Source: Escherichia coli
GTDB lineage: Bacteria; Pseudomonadota; Gammaproteobacteria; Enterobacterales; Enterobacteriaceae
DNA length: 64,000 nt
Reading direction: 5' to 3' (one strand)
NCBI RefSeq assembly: GCF_016026235.1
Contig: NZ_CP065613.1
The stretch's first letter is position 1, and each line of letters opens with the position of its first letter. Below, piece by piece: positions 21,334-31,631 of the stretch. The translations under genes were made by a program, and so were the position numbers. Under the pieces are notes generated by a model, which was not told the origin of the DNA, ran no database searches, and worked only from the letters and a program-made list of their open reading frames with translations.

Positions 21334-22347
21334 ATGACGCAGGAAAACGAGATCAAACGTCCCACCCAGGATCTGGAGCACGAGCCGATTAAGCAGTTGG
21401 ATAATAGCGAGAAAGGCGGCAAAGTTAGCCAGGCGCTGGAAACCGTCACCACCACTGCCGAAAAAGTCCAACGCCAACCGGTTATTGCGCACCTGATTCG
21501 TGCGACAGAACGCTTTAACGATCGGCTGGGTAACCAGTTTGGTGCGGCTATCACCTATTTCTCATTTTTGTCGATGATCCCGATTTTGATGGTGTCGTTT
21601 GCCGCAGGGGGCTTTGTGCTGGCCTCCCATCCGATGTTGCTACAGGATATCTTCGACAAAATTCTGCAAAACATCAGCGATCCGACGCTAGCCGCCACGT
21701 TGAAAAACACCATCAACACCGCCGTTCAGCAGCGTACGACTGTAGGGCTTGTCGGCCTGGCGGTGGCACTTTATTCCGGCATCAACTGGATGGGTAACCT
21801 GCGTGAAGCGATTCGTGCCCAGTCGCGCGATGTCTGGGAACGCTCGCCGCAAGATCAGGAGAAGTTCTGGGTAAAATATCTGCGTGATTTTATTTCGCTG
21901 ATTGGTTTGTTGATTGCGCTGATTGTAACGCTTTCGATCACCTCGGTTGCCGGTTCGGCGCAGCAAATGATTATTAGCGCCCTGCACCTGAACAGCATTG
22001 AGTGGCTGAAACCGACGTGGCGGTTGATTGGCCTGGCGATTTCCATCTTCGCCAACTATCTGCTTTTCTTCTGGATCTTCTGGCGGTTACCGCGCCACCG
22101 TCCGCGCAAAAAAGCCCTGATTCGCGGAACATTTCTGGCTGCTATTGGTTTTGAAGTGATTAAAATCGTGATGACCTACACCCTGCCATCGCTGATGAAA
22201 TCCCCCTCTGGCGCAGCATTTGGTTCCGTGCTGGGGCTGATGGCATTTTTCTACTTCTTCGCCCGTTTGACGCTGTTTTGCGCGGCGTGGATTGCCACCG
22301 CCGAATATAAAGACGACCCGCGAATGCCGGGGAAAACACAGCCTTAA
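21334..22347 (+). CDS. yhjD: inner membrane protein YhjD (YihY/virulence-factor BrkB family)
   Basis: 337-aa multi-TM ORF; synteny. Confidence 0.8.
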   Translation: MTQENEIKRPTQDLEHEPIKQLDNSEKGGKVSQALETVTTTAEKVQRQPVIAHLIRATERFNDRLGNQFGAAITYFSFLSMIPILMVSFAAGGFVLASHPMLLQDIFDKILQNISDPTLAATLKNTINTAVQQRTTVGLVGLAVALYSGINWMGNLREAIRAQSRDVWERSPQDQEKFWVKYLRDFISLIGLLIALIVTLSITSVAGSAQQMIISALHLNSIEWLKPTWRLIGLAISIFANYLLFFWIFWRLPRHRPRKKALIRGTFLAAIGFEVIKIVMTYTLPSLMKSPSGAAFGSVLGLMAFFYFFARLTLFCAAWIATAEYKDDPRMPGKTQP

Positions 22348-22351
22348 AACA

Positions 22352-22427
22352 GGCCGGATGCGGCGTACGAATTTATTCGGCCTGGCTCCCCGTAGGCCGG
22401 ATAAGATGCGCCAGCATCGCATCCGGC
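22352..22427. repeat. REP (repetitive extragenic palindrome) elements
   Basis: GCCGGATGCGGCG... and GTAGGCCGGATAAG...GCATCCGGC motifs seen after the yhjD stop. Confidence 0.6.
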
Positions 22428-22739
22428 TATAATGCGCACATAACCTCTTGAAACTCTTCCCCAGAGCCTCTTCAGCCATCTATTTGGGAGCAAACAATTT
22501 CATTCCAACTCATAACCCCAGCATATAAATCCAGTTGGTAACTTTTATTTAACCTGAAACCAGTTTTATCCACCATTTATAAAATTATGTGAAGCATTTC
22601 ATAGAAGAAAAATCACTGGCCTAAACATTATCCCCTTTTTGCCTTATTTTTGACCATTTCCGCGATTTGTTACACATTGAAATATCACTTTTGCTGTGCG
22701 TAATATGGCTATTCGTTAGCCAAAAAATAAGAAAAGATT

Positions 22740-24062
22740 ATGCAAGCAACAGCCACAACACTCGACCACGAGCAAGAATACACGCCGATCAACTCGCGTA
22801 ATAAAGTCCTTGTCGCCTCTCTCATTGGCACGGCCATTGAGTTCTTCGACTTTTATATTTACGCCACTGCGGCCGTTATTGTATTTCCGCATATCTTCTT
22901 CCCGCAGGGCGATCCTACGGCAGCAACGCTACAGTCGCTCGCCACCTTCGCCATCGCCTTCGTCGCGCGCCCCATTGGCTCTGCCGTATTTGGTCATTTT
23001 GGCGATCGCGTTGGGCGTAAAGCGACGCTGGTCGCCTCGTTGCTAACGATGGGGATTTCGACCGTGGTGATTGGTCTGCTGCCGGGCTATGCCACGATTG
23101 GTATTTTCGCCCCGCTGCTGCTGGCGCTGGCTCGATTTGGTCAGGGTCTGGGCTTAGGCGGTGAATGGGGCGGCGCGGCGCTGCTGGCGACTGAAAACGC
23201 CCCCCCGCGCAAACGTGCACTGTATGGCTCCTTCCCACAGCTGGGCGCACCGATTGGCTTCTTCTTTGCCAACGGCACTTTCTTGCTGCTTTCCTGGCTA
23301 CTGACCGACGAGCAGTTTATGAGCTGGGGCTGGCGTGTGCCATTTATCTTCTCGGCGGTGCTGGTCATTATCGGCCTGTATGTTCGCGTGTCGCTGCATG
23401 AGTCGCCGGTGTTTGAGAAAGTCGCTAAAGCGAAAAAACAGGTGAAGATCCCGCTGGGTACGCTGCTAACCAAACATGTTCGCGTAACCGTACTGGGTAC
23501 GTTCATTATGCTGGCAACCTATACGCTGTTTTACATCATGACGGTCTACTCTATGACCTTCAGTACCGCCGCCGCGCCAGTTGGGCTTGGCCTGCCGCGT
23601 AACGAAGTGTTGTGGATGCTGATGATGGCAGTTATTGGTTTTGGCGTGATGGTGCCAGTCGCCGGATTACTGGCTGATGCCTTTGGTCGCCGTAAAAGCA
23701 TGGTAATTATCACCACGCTGATCATCCTGTTCGCGCTGTTCGCCTTTAACCCGCTGCTCGGTTCTGGCAACCCGATTCTGGTTTTTGCCTTCCTGCTGCT
23801 GGGGTTAAGTCTGATGGGGCTGACCTTCGGGCCGATGGGCGCGCTGTTACCAGAGCTGTTCCCAACAGAAGTGCGTTACACCGGAGCATCGTTCTCTTAC
23901 AACGTAGCGTCGATTCTCGGGGCTTCCGTTGCGCCATATATCGCAGCCTGGTTGCAGACTAACTACGGGCTAGGTGCGGTGGGGTTATATCTGGCGGCGA
24001 TGGCTGGCTTGACGTTAATCGCCCTGCTGCTGACCCATGAGACGCGACATCAGTCGTTGTAA
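22740..24062 (+). CDS. yhjE: MFS transporter YhjE
   Basis: 440-aa 12-TM ORF; synteny. Confidence 0.85.
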   Translation: MQATATTLDHEQEYTPINSRNKVLVASLIGTAIEFFDFYIYATAAVIVFPHIFFPQGDPTAATLQSLATFAIAFVARPIGSAVFGHFGDRVGRKATLVASLLTMGISTVVIGLLPGYATIGIFAPLLLALARFGQGLGLGGEWGGAALLATENAPPRKRALYGSFPQLGAPIGFFFANGTFLLLSWLLTDEQFMSWGWRVPFIFSAVLVIIGLYVRVSLHESPVFEKVAKAKKQVKIPLGTLLTKHVRVTVLGTFIMLATYTLFYIMTVYSMTFSTAAAPVGLGLPRNEVLWMLMMAVIGFGVMVPVAGLLADAFGRRKSMVIITTLIILFALFAFNPLLGSGNPILVFAFLLLGLSLMGLTFGPMGALLPELFPTEVRYTGASFSYNVASILGASVAPYIAAWLQTNYGLGAVGLYLAAMAGLTLIALLLTHETRHQSL

Positions 24063-24074
24063 TAAGAGTGAAAA

Positions 24075-24237
24075 GCCTGATGCGCTACGCTTATCAGGCC
24101 TGAATTTCCATACAATATATTGAATTCGCAAGGATTTGTAGGCCGGATAAGGCGTTCACGCCGCATCCGGCATGAACAAAGCACACTTTGCCAACAATCT
24201 AAATCTGTTTAATTGCCGGATGTCAGACATCCGGCAA
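24075..24237. repeat. REP/BIME cluster
   Basis: three REP-like palindromes seen (GCCTGATGCG...TTATCAGGC; GTAGGCCGGATAAGGCG...CATCCGGC; TTGCCGGATGTCAGACATCCGGCAA). Confidence 0.6.
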
Positions 24238-24243
24238 TTATCT

Positions 24244-26304
24244 TCACTTCTTCATCTGCGACAAAATCGTCCGGCACTGATTAGCCTCCCCTTCGGAAGG
24301 TGAGATCAGTGCCAGCAACGCTGCCGCTGGCGTAACCAGCGTTGCCAGTGCCGCAGCAACAGCACCACGGGCAATCAACGGTCCGGCTTTCACTCCAGCC
24401 TGCGGATTTTTAAACGTCCCACGCACATACAGCGGCGAACGCAGTGTGATAATCCGAATTCCTTTACTCTCCGGATCAATAGTCAAATCCAGCTGTTCCG
24501 AAGCAAAACTTGCCGTGCCGGTAACGTTAATCAACGCGTTCTCAGTATCGAAAGCAAAGATCTGCGGGCGCGCCACGCCGTTGGCAATATCCAGATTCGC
24601 CGCCGCGCAGTTCACCCGCACCTCATCATCACCAAATATCGCACCGACAATGTAGTTGCCGACATTCAGCCCAACAATCTCCATCAGGTTGCGGCTCACC
24701 AGCCCGTCATTCATCAACAGTTTCAGGTTGCCGTTACTGTTGCCTAAAAGCGCCGCCACCGAGTTACCGCTACCGCGTAGTTCCGCGTCACCGTTCATTT
24801 CCCCCAGCGTCTTCTGCATCAGTTCCACATCGGGCATCAGTTCTTTCAGTTTCAGTCGACGAGCCTGAATATCTGCCCGCCCCTGCATCGGCTTTTTATC
24901 GCCTTCCAGATGGATATTCGCCGCAATGCTGCCGCCCGCCATGCCAAATTTCAGCGGTTGCAGGCGCAGGTCAGCATTTTTGAGGATGATATGAGTAGAA
25001 AGATCGCTAATCGGCAGGCTACTGCCATGCTCAATGCGCCGCCCTTTGAAGCGAACATCGGCATCCATAACGTCCCATTTATCGGTTTCGAAGCGGTCAT
25101 AAGGCAGCACTTTGCCCGCAGGCTGAACGCTTTTTTCGCCCTTCTTCTGTTCAGACCGTTTCGACTTTTCTGCCCCTTTCCCGGAATCAACGCCAATCAA
25201 CGGTCCCAGGTCCGCCAGCCGCAATTGCCGCGACTCGACATCACCTTCCAGTTTTGGTCGTGGCTTTCCGGTGGTGTAGACCAGAGAACCGTGGATATCG
25301 CTATCGCCAATTCGCCCATTAAAACCGCGATAATCAAAGACCGACGATTTTTCAGTGTCGATTTTCGCTACCAGCCGACCATCCGTTTCAAACGGCGGGG
25401 TATCGGGCAGCAGAACGCCCGTCAGTTCATAGAGATCACCCAGTGAATCGCCAGAAAATTTAAGCCGTAAATCGACACCGCCCATCTTCATTGGGTCATT
25501 CACGACGCCATCAAAAGCAACACGGGTGTTACCAGAGCGGAAATCAACCTGTACCGGAAACGGCGTCCCTTCGCCACGCAGCGCCAGCATACCGCCTATT
25601 TTTCCCGTACCCGTGAGCGGTTCACCGTTATAACGTCCCTGCGCCTTCAGGCCAAAAACGTAATCGCCCACCTTTTCTTTATCCGCTTTACCTTTCGATC
25701 CAGTAACTTCGCTGAACGGCAGCGGCTTGCCTAACGGATCAACAAAAATCTCCAGATCCGCTTTGCTTACTTTGTCATCAATGGCGATCCGCCCTTGATC
25801 GAAAAGAATATTATCCAGCCGAAACGACCATGCCGACGGCTTTGCATTCGCGTCTTTGTTGTCATCGTTGGCAAGATTAAACGTCCAGTTATTGTTCTTT
25901 TCAGAGAGGCGAATCAGGCGCGCGTCGGGCTTTTCGAGCTTGATCCACGGCAGCCAGACCGTTTTGGTCAGCAGCGCCAGCGGTGCCAGCGTTGCCTCTA
26001 CTCGCGGCAAATGCACCATCGTGACTTCGGGAATATCCGGTGGATTACCAAGAATGATGTCTTCTGCATGTACATGAGGCCACGGCACCCAGCTGCGCCA
26101 GCCAGTTTCTTGTTTTTGCCGCTCCCACACCACGCCCAGATCGCCACGGATAGCGAACGGACGATTCAACTCCGCAGAGACTTTCTGGTTGATGGTCGGT
26201 TTGAGTCGATTCCAGTCAAAAGTTGCAATCAAAATGATCGCCACGACAATCAACAACAAGAAAGCCCCTGAAATCGCAGCGGTTATTTTGCCTGCCTTGC
26301 TCAT
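24244..26304 (-). CDS. yhjG: AsmA-family envelope protein YhjG
   Basis: 686-aa ORF from ATG 26304 (GAGGAAG SD upstream); alternative start 15 nt further upstream. Confidence 0.8.
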   Translation of the reverse strand: MSKAGKITAAISGAFLLLIVVAIILIATFDWNRLKPTINQKVSAELNRPFAIRGDLGVVWERQKQETGWRSWVPWPHVHAEDIILGNPPDIPEVTMVHLPRVEATLAPLALLTKTVWLPWIKLEKPDARLIRLSEKNNNWTFNLANDDNKDANAKPSAWSFRLDNILFDQGRIAIDDKVSKADLEIFVDPLGKPLPFSEVTGSKGKADKEKVGDYVFGLKAQGRYNGEPLTGTGKIGGMLALRGEGTPFPVQVDFRSGNTRVAFDGVVNDPMKMGGVDLRLKFSGDSLGDLYELTGVLLPDTPPFETDGRLVAKIDTEKSSVFDYRGFNGRIGDSDIHGSLVYTTGKPRPKLEGDVESRQLRLADLGPLIGVDSGKGAEKSKRSEQKKGEKSVQPAGKVLPYDRFETDKWDVMDADVRFKGRRIEHGSSLPISDLSTHIILKNADLRLQPLKFGMAGGSIAANIHLEGDKKPMQGRADIQARRLKLKELMPDVELMQKTLGEMNGDAELRGSGNSVAALLGNSNGNLKLLMNDGLVSRNLMEIVGLNVGNYIVGAIFGDDEVRVNCAAANLDIANGVARPQIFAFDTENALINVTGTASFASEQLDLTIDPESKGIRIITLRSPLYVRGTFKNPQAGVKAGPLIARGAVAAALATLVTPAAALLALISPSEGEANQCRTILSQMKK

Positions 26305-26373
26305 CGTTCGCTTCCTCATATTCTTCCTGTGCCAGTCCTAAAGATAGTCCAGCCAGGCGGAAAATGAGGCAGC

Positions 26374-27141
26374 TTATAGCGCCAGAACCGCCGTATTCAG
26401 CGTTTCTATCGGTGCCGGGCGTGAAAGAAACCAGCCTTGTGCGGCGAATGCGGGCGAGTTCTGAACATCACGCCACTCTTCCGGCGTTTCTACGCCCTCG
26501 ACAATCACCCCGCGACAATAGCGATTCATTAGATGTAAAAGCTGAGAAAAGAGTGTGCGGCCTTCCGGCGACTGACGCAGCATCACAAACAGTTCTCGCG
26601 CGATTTTGATGTAGTCATAACGCACTTCACTTAGTGCAGAGAAATTTGCCATCCCGGTACCAAAATCATCCAGCCACAGCGGGCCAAATTCACACATCGA
26701 GGCAAAGGTTGAATCTTTCGGCAGACGGATATGCCCCACCAGTTCGAAACGCAGCCAGGGAAGACGCTCAATCTGGCGCAGGATTTTTGGTTGCTGACGC
26801 AGGGCGATGAGCGTAGGGCCATCAATATTGACCGATGCCAGCAGGTCGTGCTCTACAAAGAAGTCGGCTTTTTGCGCCAGCAAATCAATCTGCTCTTTCA
26901 CAACCTCCATCCGATGGCTGACGGTGATTTCAGTAAAATAGCGATCCGGCGGCAGGCGTTGCGAAGGGTTCAAGGGATGCGTGACCACCGTTAATAGCTC
27001 CACGGCCATTAACCGTCCGCATGTTTGATAGATCGGCTGCCAGGTGTAAGCACGCTCACACTGCAACCAAAAACGCCGTTCCTGCAAGCTCTCGATGCTT
27101 GCTTCAGGGTTGCTTATTCGCTGGATAACCTGCCTTATCAT
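26374..27141 (-). CDS. pdeH: EAL-domain c-di-GMP phosphodiesterase PdeH (YhjH)
   Basis: 255-aa ORF from ATG 27141 (MIRQVIQRIS...); recalled identity. Confidence 0.85.
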   Translation of the reverse strand: MIRQVIQRISNPEASIESLQERRFWLQCERAYTWQPIYQTCGRLMAVELLTVVTHPLNPSQRLPPDRYFTEITVSHRMEVVKEQIDLLAQKADFFVEHDLLASVNIDGPTLIALRQQPKILRQIERLPWLRFELVGHIRLPKDSTFASMCEFGPLWLDDFGTGMANFSALSEVRYDYIKIARELFVMLRQSPEGRTLFSQLLHLMNRYCRGVIVEGVETPEEWRDVQNSPAFAAQGWFLSRPAPIETLNTAVLAL

Positions 27142-27287
27142 CAAAGATGTCCTGTGTTTAAAAGTGATGCTGCCCGGACTCGACAAAGATTATCGGCGCG
27201 CAAGGGCAGAACTTTACCGCCTGGCCGAGGTAAATTTCCTCACTCCACAACGGAATCTTTCAGGAATACGTTCTGGCTCAAAAAAAT

Positions 27288-27306
27288 AATGGAACACTGT
27301 TTTAAT
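27288..27306 (+). promoter_or_regulatory. candidate KdgR operator upstream of kdgK
   Basis: AATGGAACACTGTTTTAAT seen about 67 bp upstream of the kdgK ATG; resembles the recalled KdgR box AATGAAACAnTGTTTCATT. Confidence 0.4.
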
Positions 27307-27372
27307 ATGGTTGACCAGCAAACCACCACAGCGCAAACTAACGCTAATTTTTTACAGATCAGGTTCACGACT

Positions 27373-28302
27373 ATGTCCAAAAAGATTGCCGTGATTGGCG
27401 AATGCATGATTGAGCTTTCCGAGAAAGGCGCGGACGTTAAGCGCGGTTTCGGCGGCGATACCCTGAACACTTCCGTCTATATCGCCCGTCAGGTCGATCC
27501 TGCGGCATTAACCGTTCATTACGTAACGGCGCTGGGAACGGACAGTTTTAGCCAGCAGATGCTGGACGCCTGGCACAGCGAGAACGTTGATACTTCCCTG
27601 ACCCAACGGATGGAAAACCGTCTTCCGGGCCTTTACTACATTGAAACCGACAGCACCGGCGAACGTACATTCTACTACTGGCGTAACGAAGCCGCTGCCA
27701 AATTCTGGCTGGAGAGCGAGCAGTCTGCGGCGATTTGTGCAGAGCTGGCGAATTTCGATTATCTCTACCTGAGCGGGATTAGCCTGGCGATCTTAAGCCC
27801 GACCAGCCGCGAGAAACTGCTTTCCCTGCTGCGCGAATGCCGCGCCAACGGCGGAAAAGTGATTTTCGACAATAACTATCGTCCGCGCCTGTGGGCCAGC
27901 AAAGAAGAGACACAGCAGGTGTACCAGCAAATGCTGGAATGCACGGATATCGCCTTCCTGACGCTGGACGACGAAGACGCGCTGTGGGGTCAACAGCCGG
28001 TGGAAGACGTCATTGCGCGCACCCATAACGCGGGCGTGAAAGAAGTGGTGGTGAAACGCGGGGCAGATTCTTGCCTGGTGTCCATTGCTGGCGAAGGGTT
28101 AGTGGATGTTCCGGCGGTGAAACTGCCGAAAGAAAAAGTGATCGATACCACCGCAGCTGGCGACTCTTTCAGTGCCGGTTATCTGGCGGTACGTTTGACG
28201 GGCGGCAGTGCGGAAAACGCAGCGAAACGCGGGCACCTGACCGCAAGTACCGTTATTCAGTATCGCGGCGCGATTATCCCGCGTGAGGCGATGCCGGAAT
28301 AA
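27373..28302 (+). CDS. kdgK: 2-dehydro-3-deoxygluconokinase
   Basis: 309-aa ORF from ATG 27373 (MSKKIAVIGECM...); PfkB-family kinase; the track's upstream extension rejected. Confidence 0.9.
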   Translation: MSKKIAVIGECMIELSEKGADVKRGFGGDTLNTSVYIARQVDPAALTVHYVTALGTDSFSQQMLDAWHSENVDTSLTQRMENRLPGLYYIETDSTGERTFYYWRNEAAAKFWLESEQSAAICAELANFDYLYLSGISLAILSPTSREKLLSLLRECRANGGKVIFDNNYRPRLWASKEETQQVYQQMLECTDIAFLTLDDEDALWGQQPVEDVIARTHNAGVKEVVVKRGADSCLVSIAGEGLVDVPAVKLPKEKVIDTTAAGDSFSAGYLAVRLTGGSAENAAKRGHLTASTVIQYRGAIIPREAMPE

Positions 28303-28396
28303 TGGTTTTTGACGGAGAACGGGTAGATATTCGTTCTCCGTTAATAGTTACAGCAGTACACTATCAGCCTGTTGATAATCGTAATGCCGTAACAAT

Positions 28397-29602
28397 ATGC
28401 CATCTTGCAAAAGGATTTTTGCAGCTTCACTTCTTCTGATCGGCCTGGGCTACGGGCTGCATATTTTATTTACCCCCTCACAACCGCTTCGCTTTGATCA
28501 GCAAGTCTATATCTGGCAACGCGTCTGGACGGCAGAACATCACGAGGCACTCAAACGAAGCCGCCCGCTTTTCTCTACGCTGCGCATACTTGGGATGCAA
28601 TTTCATCCGCAAGAAGGCATCCGACACTTTACGGTTAATACTTCACTTATTAAGCAAGATGGTCGCCCGGTCTGGCTGGTCGCGCGACTCGATGGCCAGC
28701 TTACACGGTTTAATAACCAGCAAATTATCCAGCATATTCAACAGACCCTACGTGAGTGGCAAAAGGCAGGTATTACGCTGGCAGGGGTGGAAATTGATTA
28801 TGACGCGCCAACAGCAAAATTGCCGGAATATCTGACACTACTTAGTGCGTTACATCAGGCACTTCCTACAAATATAAAACTTAGCGTTACCGCCCTGCCC
28901 ACCTGGCTTGATTCACCACATCTCGCCCGATTATTGCGCATTGCGGACACTTCGGTTTTACAGGTACATAACGTGCTTTCGCCCGAAAAAGGCCTGTTAG
29001 ATGCCAGTCTGGCGCAGAGTTGGGTAAAGCAATATGCCAGGCAAACCACGCACCCTTTTTTCATCGCATTGCCCGCTTATGGCTCCGCACTCACCAGTGA
29101 TAATCGTGTCGAAAGCGAATCCCCGCTATACGTTGCTGATGAAATGCGAGAACTAAGTGTATCGCCACAAACGATTGCCGAGTTTATTCAATATATAGAA
29201 CAGCAACCACCGCGTGGATTACAGGGGTTGGTATGGTTTCGGCTACCGTTAGCAGGCGATCGCCGCGCCTGGTCACTGACAACACTGGAAGCCGTGATTC
29301 GACATCAACCGCTGACTCCGCGCTGGTCGTTAATAATTACTCAACATACAGACAAGCAACTTTTTGATCTGGCCTTTAAAAACAGCGGCGTAATTGATGC
29401 GCCGTTGCCAAAACAAATAATTCTGCCCAATGCAGATTGTCTATTCGCTGATGGAGCCGGTCACTATCAGGTGCAACCTGGACCATCCAGCCTGAATTTT
29501 GTGAGAGGAAGCGCCAGGCAACTGCGCGCCGGAGAAAGCAGTCCGCTGGGATGGGCGCGCTGTAATCAAAAAATTCAAGGAGAGTTTAATGTTATCCCCT
29601 AG
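28397..29602 (+). CDS. hypothetical exported or membrane-anchored protein (accessory; not at this position in K-12)
   Basis: 401-aa ORF with N-terminal hydrophobic segment (IFAASLLLIGLGYGLHILF); weak SD; 14-nt overlap with next ORF; family not recognised. Confidence 0.6.
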   Translation: MPSCKRIFAASLLLIGLGYGLHILFTPSQPLRFDQQVYIWQRVWTAEHHEALKRSRPLFSTLRILGMQFHPQEGIRHFTVNTSLIKQDGRPVWLVARLDGQLTRFNNQQIIQHIQQTLREWQKAGITLAGVEIDYDAPTAKLPEYLTLLSALHQALPTNIKLSVTALPTWLDSPHLARLLRIADTSVLQVHNVLSPEKGLLDASLAQSWVKQYARQTTHPFFIALPAYGSALTSDNRVESESPLYVADEMRELSVSPQTIAEFIQYIEQQPPRGLQGLVWFRLPLAGDRRAWSLTTLEAVIRHQPLTPRWSLIITQHTDKQLFDLAFKNSGVIDAPLPKQIILPNADCLFADGAGHYQVQPGPSSLNFVRGSARQLRAGESSPLGWARCNQKIQGEFNVIP

Positions 29603-31631
29603 AATATCGCGGCTTTCCGTTATTGTATTTCTCTCACTAATTAGCGCCAACGTTAATGCCTGTGGACCATTTATTCCTAACCATCTGTTAACTGACCGCA
29701 ATAGCGCACTGCTGGAAATGCCAAATGGCAGTTTTGTCTTTGAAGTACAACAGTTGGCTAAACGCGATCCTGGTTTACCAATATGGCATGAAAATACGCC
29801 CGCGGAGGCAACGCAGGAAAATACAGATGATGATGCTGAGCCTCCTGTGCAAAATAGGTCACTGGAAATCGCGCAAAAATTGCAGAAACCATTATCTGAT
29901 GCGCAGTGGCTGTATTATTCAGGAGCTAAGGATTTTCATCAGGGAAAATACGATAGCCCTTACTTTCAGCAATTATTAGCCTTGCCGAAAACAGAGCAAG
30001 GGGAATGGCGTCTTGCTGCGCTATATAGTCTGGCAAGAGGGGGATTTGATGCCACTGACGACAATCTCGATCTGATAATCAATAAAGGCGGCTTTAATCA
30101 GGAAATTGCTGAGCAGGCCATACAACGTTATCAGCAAATCATTGAAGAGGTCCGTAATGGCGTAGCCGATCCTGAGCAGCTCTCTCTCGCCAGTCTCGGT
30201 CAGATTGGGCATTATTATCTGAAAAAAGGTGATGTCGCGGCGGCAGTAAAAATTTATGCCCGGCAAGCGGCCCAGGGTTCGCCCTCCGGGAAAGCTTCGT
30301 TACGAATGATTTCGTTATATCTAACCAGGGAGAAAAATTTACCACTGCTGGAATCGGTTATTGATGATCCACTGGTTCAGCAACTGGTAATCGCAGAGCT
30401 CTTTATTCGTCAAGACTGGGGATATGACAGCGAAGCCTGTACTAAAGACCTTGTAGATTATACCTGTCCAACGCATCGCGACCGTTTAATTAAGTTGCTA
30501 AGTCAACACAGAGTGAAAGGGTTTAGTTATAGCGATCGACTTGCAGCGCTGGCGTATCGGGCAGGAAATTATTCGTTAGCACAAATGCTATTGCAGGATG
30601 CGCCAGAAAGTGGCTTAAGCGAATGGTTAAAAGCAAAACTGGCATTACGAGCCGGAGATATTCCACTGGCAACGCGTCACTATGCTCGCGCAGCCCCGCA
30701 GTTCCCTGCCGATGAAGTCTGGGGAAGTATGGACCCAGAAAGCCCTTATTACCATGCCGATAAAGTTACCGTCCCCTCTTGCCGTATTGCCAGTGAGCAA
30801 GCGATTTTGGCATTAAAACGCGATGATTATCTTCAGGCGACCGCATTGTTTTACCAGGCCAAAGATCTCTATTGGGCCGATTTAGCCTGGGTGGCAGAAA
30901 ACGTTTTGACCTTGTCGGAGTTACAGGCGTTTGTTGAAAAAAACGTACCGGTACCTCAGCACCCTTTAAAACCTGTAGATTTAAACAATAGCAGTTACGG
31001 TTATTATATTTCGCCAGATATCATTCCAACGGATGTTAAATTACGAGCACTATTAGGGAGACGATTAATTCGTCATGGCCAGTACCAGCAGGCCATTAAT
31101 TGGTTTGATATTCCCAATTATCGCCAGGCCGCACAAAAACTGGCTGATTTAATGGCGATAGCAAAAAATAAAAATATCCCTGATAAGCAACGCGCCCAGG
31201 CGCAATATGAAGCTGCGCGGCTTTTGCGTTTCAGTGGTATCGAATTGGTGGCTTATGAAATGTATCCCGATTATGCCATTTCCAGTGGGCAGTATTCAGA
31301 ACCTTTTGAATACAGCAATAACGATTACTGGATAAGTCGTAAAGAAAAACAACGTATTCGCTACGCAATCCCCACCGCTGATGATCATTTTTTGCATTAT
31401 CGCTGGCAGGCTGCGGAATGGGCCGGACAATCTGCCGATTTACTTCACCCTAAAACCCAGGCATGGGCTGCCGTGTTATGCCATGCTGCAAGTTGGGTCA
31501 GATATCCTGATCCAGAAACCGGTGCATTAATTTATCAACGCTACGTAAAAAACGGTAAAGCTTTTGACTGGGCTGCGCATTTTGGTCGTGATTGTCCAGA
31601 ACCAGTGTTTAAGAAGGATCTGAAGAAATAA
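29589..31631 (+). CDS. hypothetical secreted protein or lipoprotein with helical repeat-like regions (accessory)
   Basis: 680-aa ORF, AGGAG SD 8 nt upstream, signal peptide ending ...LISANVNA-C; family not recognised. Confidence 0.6.
   Translation: MLSPRISRLSVIVFLSLISANVNACGPFIPNHLLTDRNSALLEMPNGSFVFEVQQLAKRDPGLPIWHENTPAEATQENTDDDAEPPVQNRSLEIAQKLQKPLSDAQWLYYSGAKDFHQGKYDSPYFQQLLALPKTEQGEWRLAALYSLARGGFDATDDNLDLIINKGGFNQEIAEQAIQRYQQIIEEVRNGVADPEQLSLASLGQIGHYYLKKGDVAAAVKIYARQAAQGSPSGKASLRMISLYLTREKNLPLLESVIDDPLVQQLVIAELFIRQDWGYDSEACTKDLVDYTCPTHRDRLIKLLSQHRVKGFSYSDRLAALAYRAGNYSLAQMLLQDAPESGLSEWLKAKLALRAGDIPLATRHYARAAPQFPADEVWGSMDPESPYYHADKVTVPSCRIASEQAILALKRDDYLQATALFYQAKDLYWADLAWVAENVLTLSELQAFVEKNVPVPQHPLKPVDLNNSSYGYYISPDIIPTDVKLRALLGRRLIRHGQYQQAINWFDIPNYRQAAQKLADLMAIAKNKNIPDKQRAQAQYEAARLLRFSGIELVAYEMYPDYAISSGQYSEPFEYSNNDYWISRKEKQRIRYAIPTADDHFLHYRWQAAEWAGQSADLLHPKTQAWAAVLCHAASWVRYPDPETGALIYQRYVKNGKAFDWAAHFGRDCPEPVFKKDLKK

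Noticed and set aside
24910-25446. 178-aa plus-strand ORF antisense to yhjG
   Set aside because: Reverse-strand artefact inside yhjG.
27025-27372. upstream extension of kdgK (425-aa version)
   Set aside because: It overlaps the pdeH start and divergent promoter region; the kinase N-terminus begins at ATG 27373.
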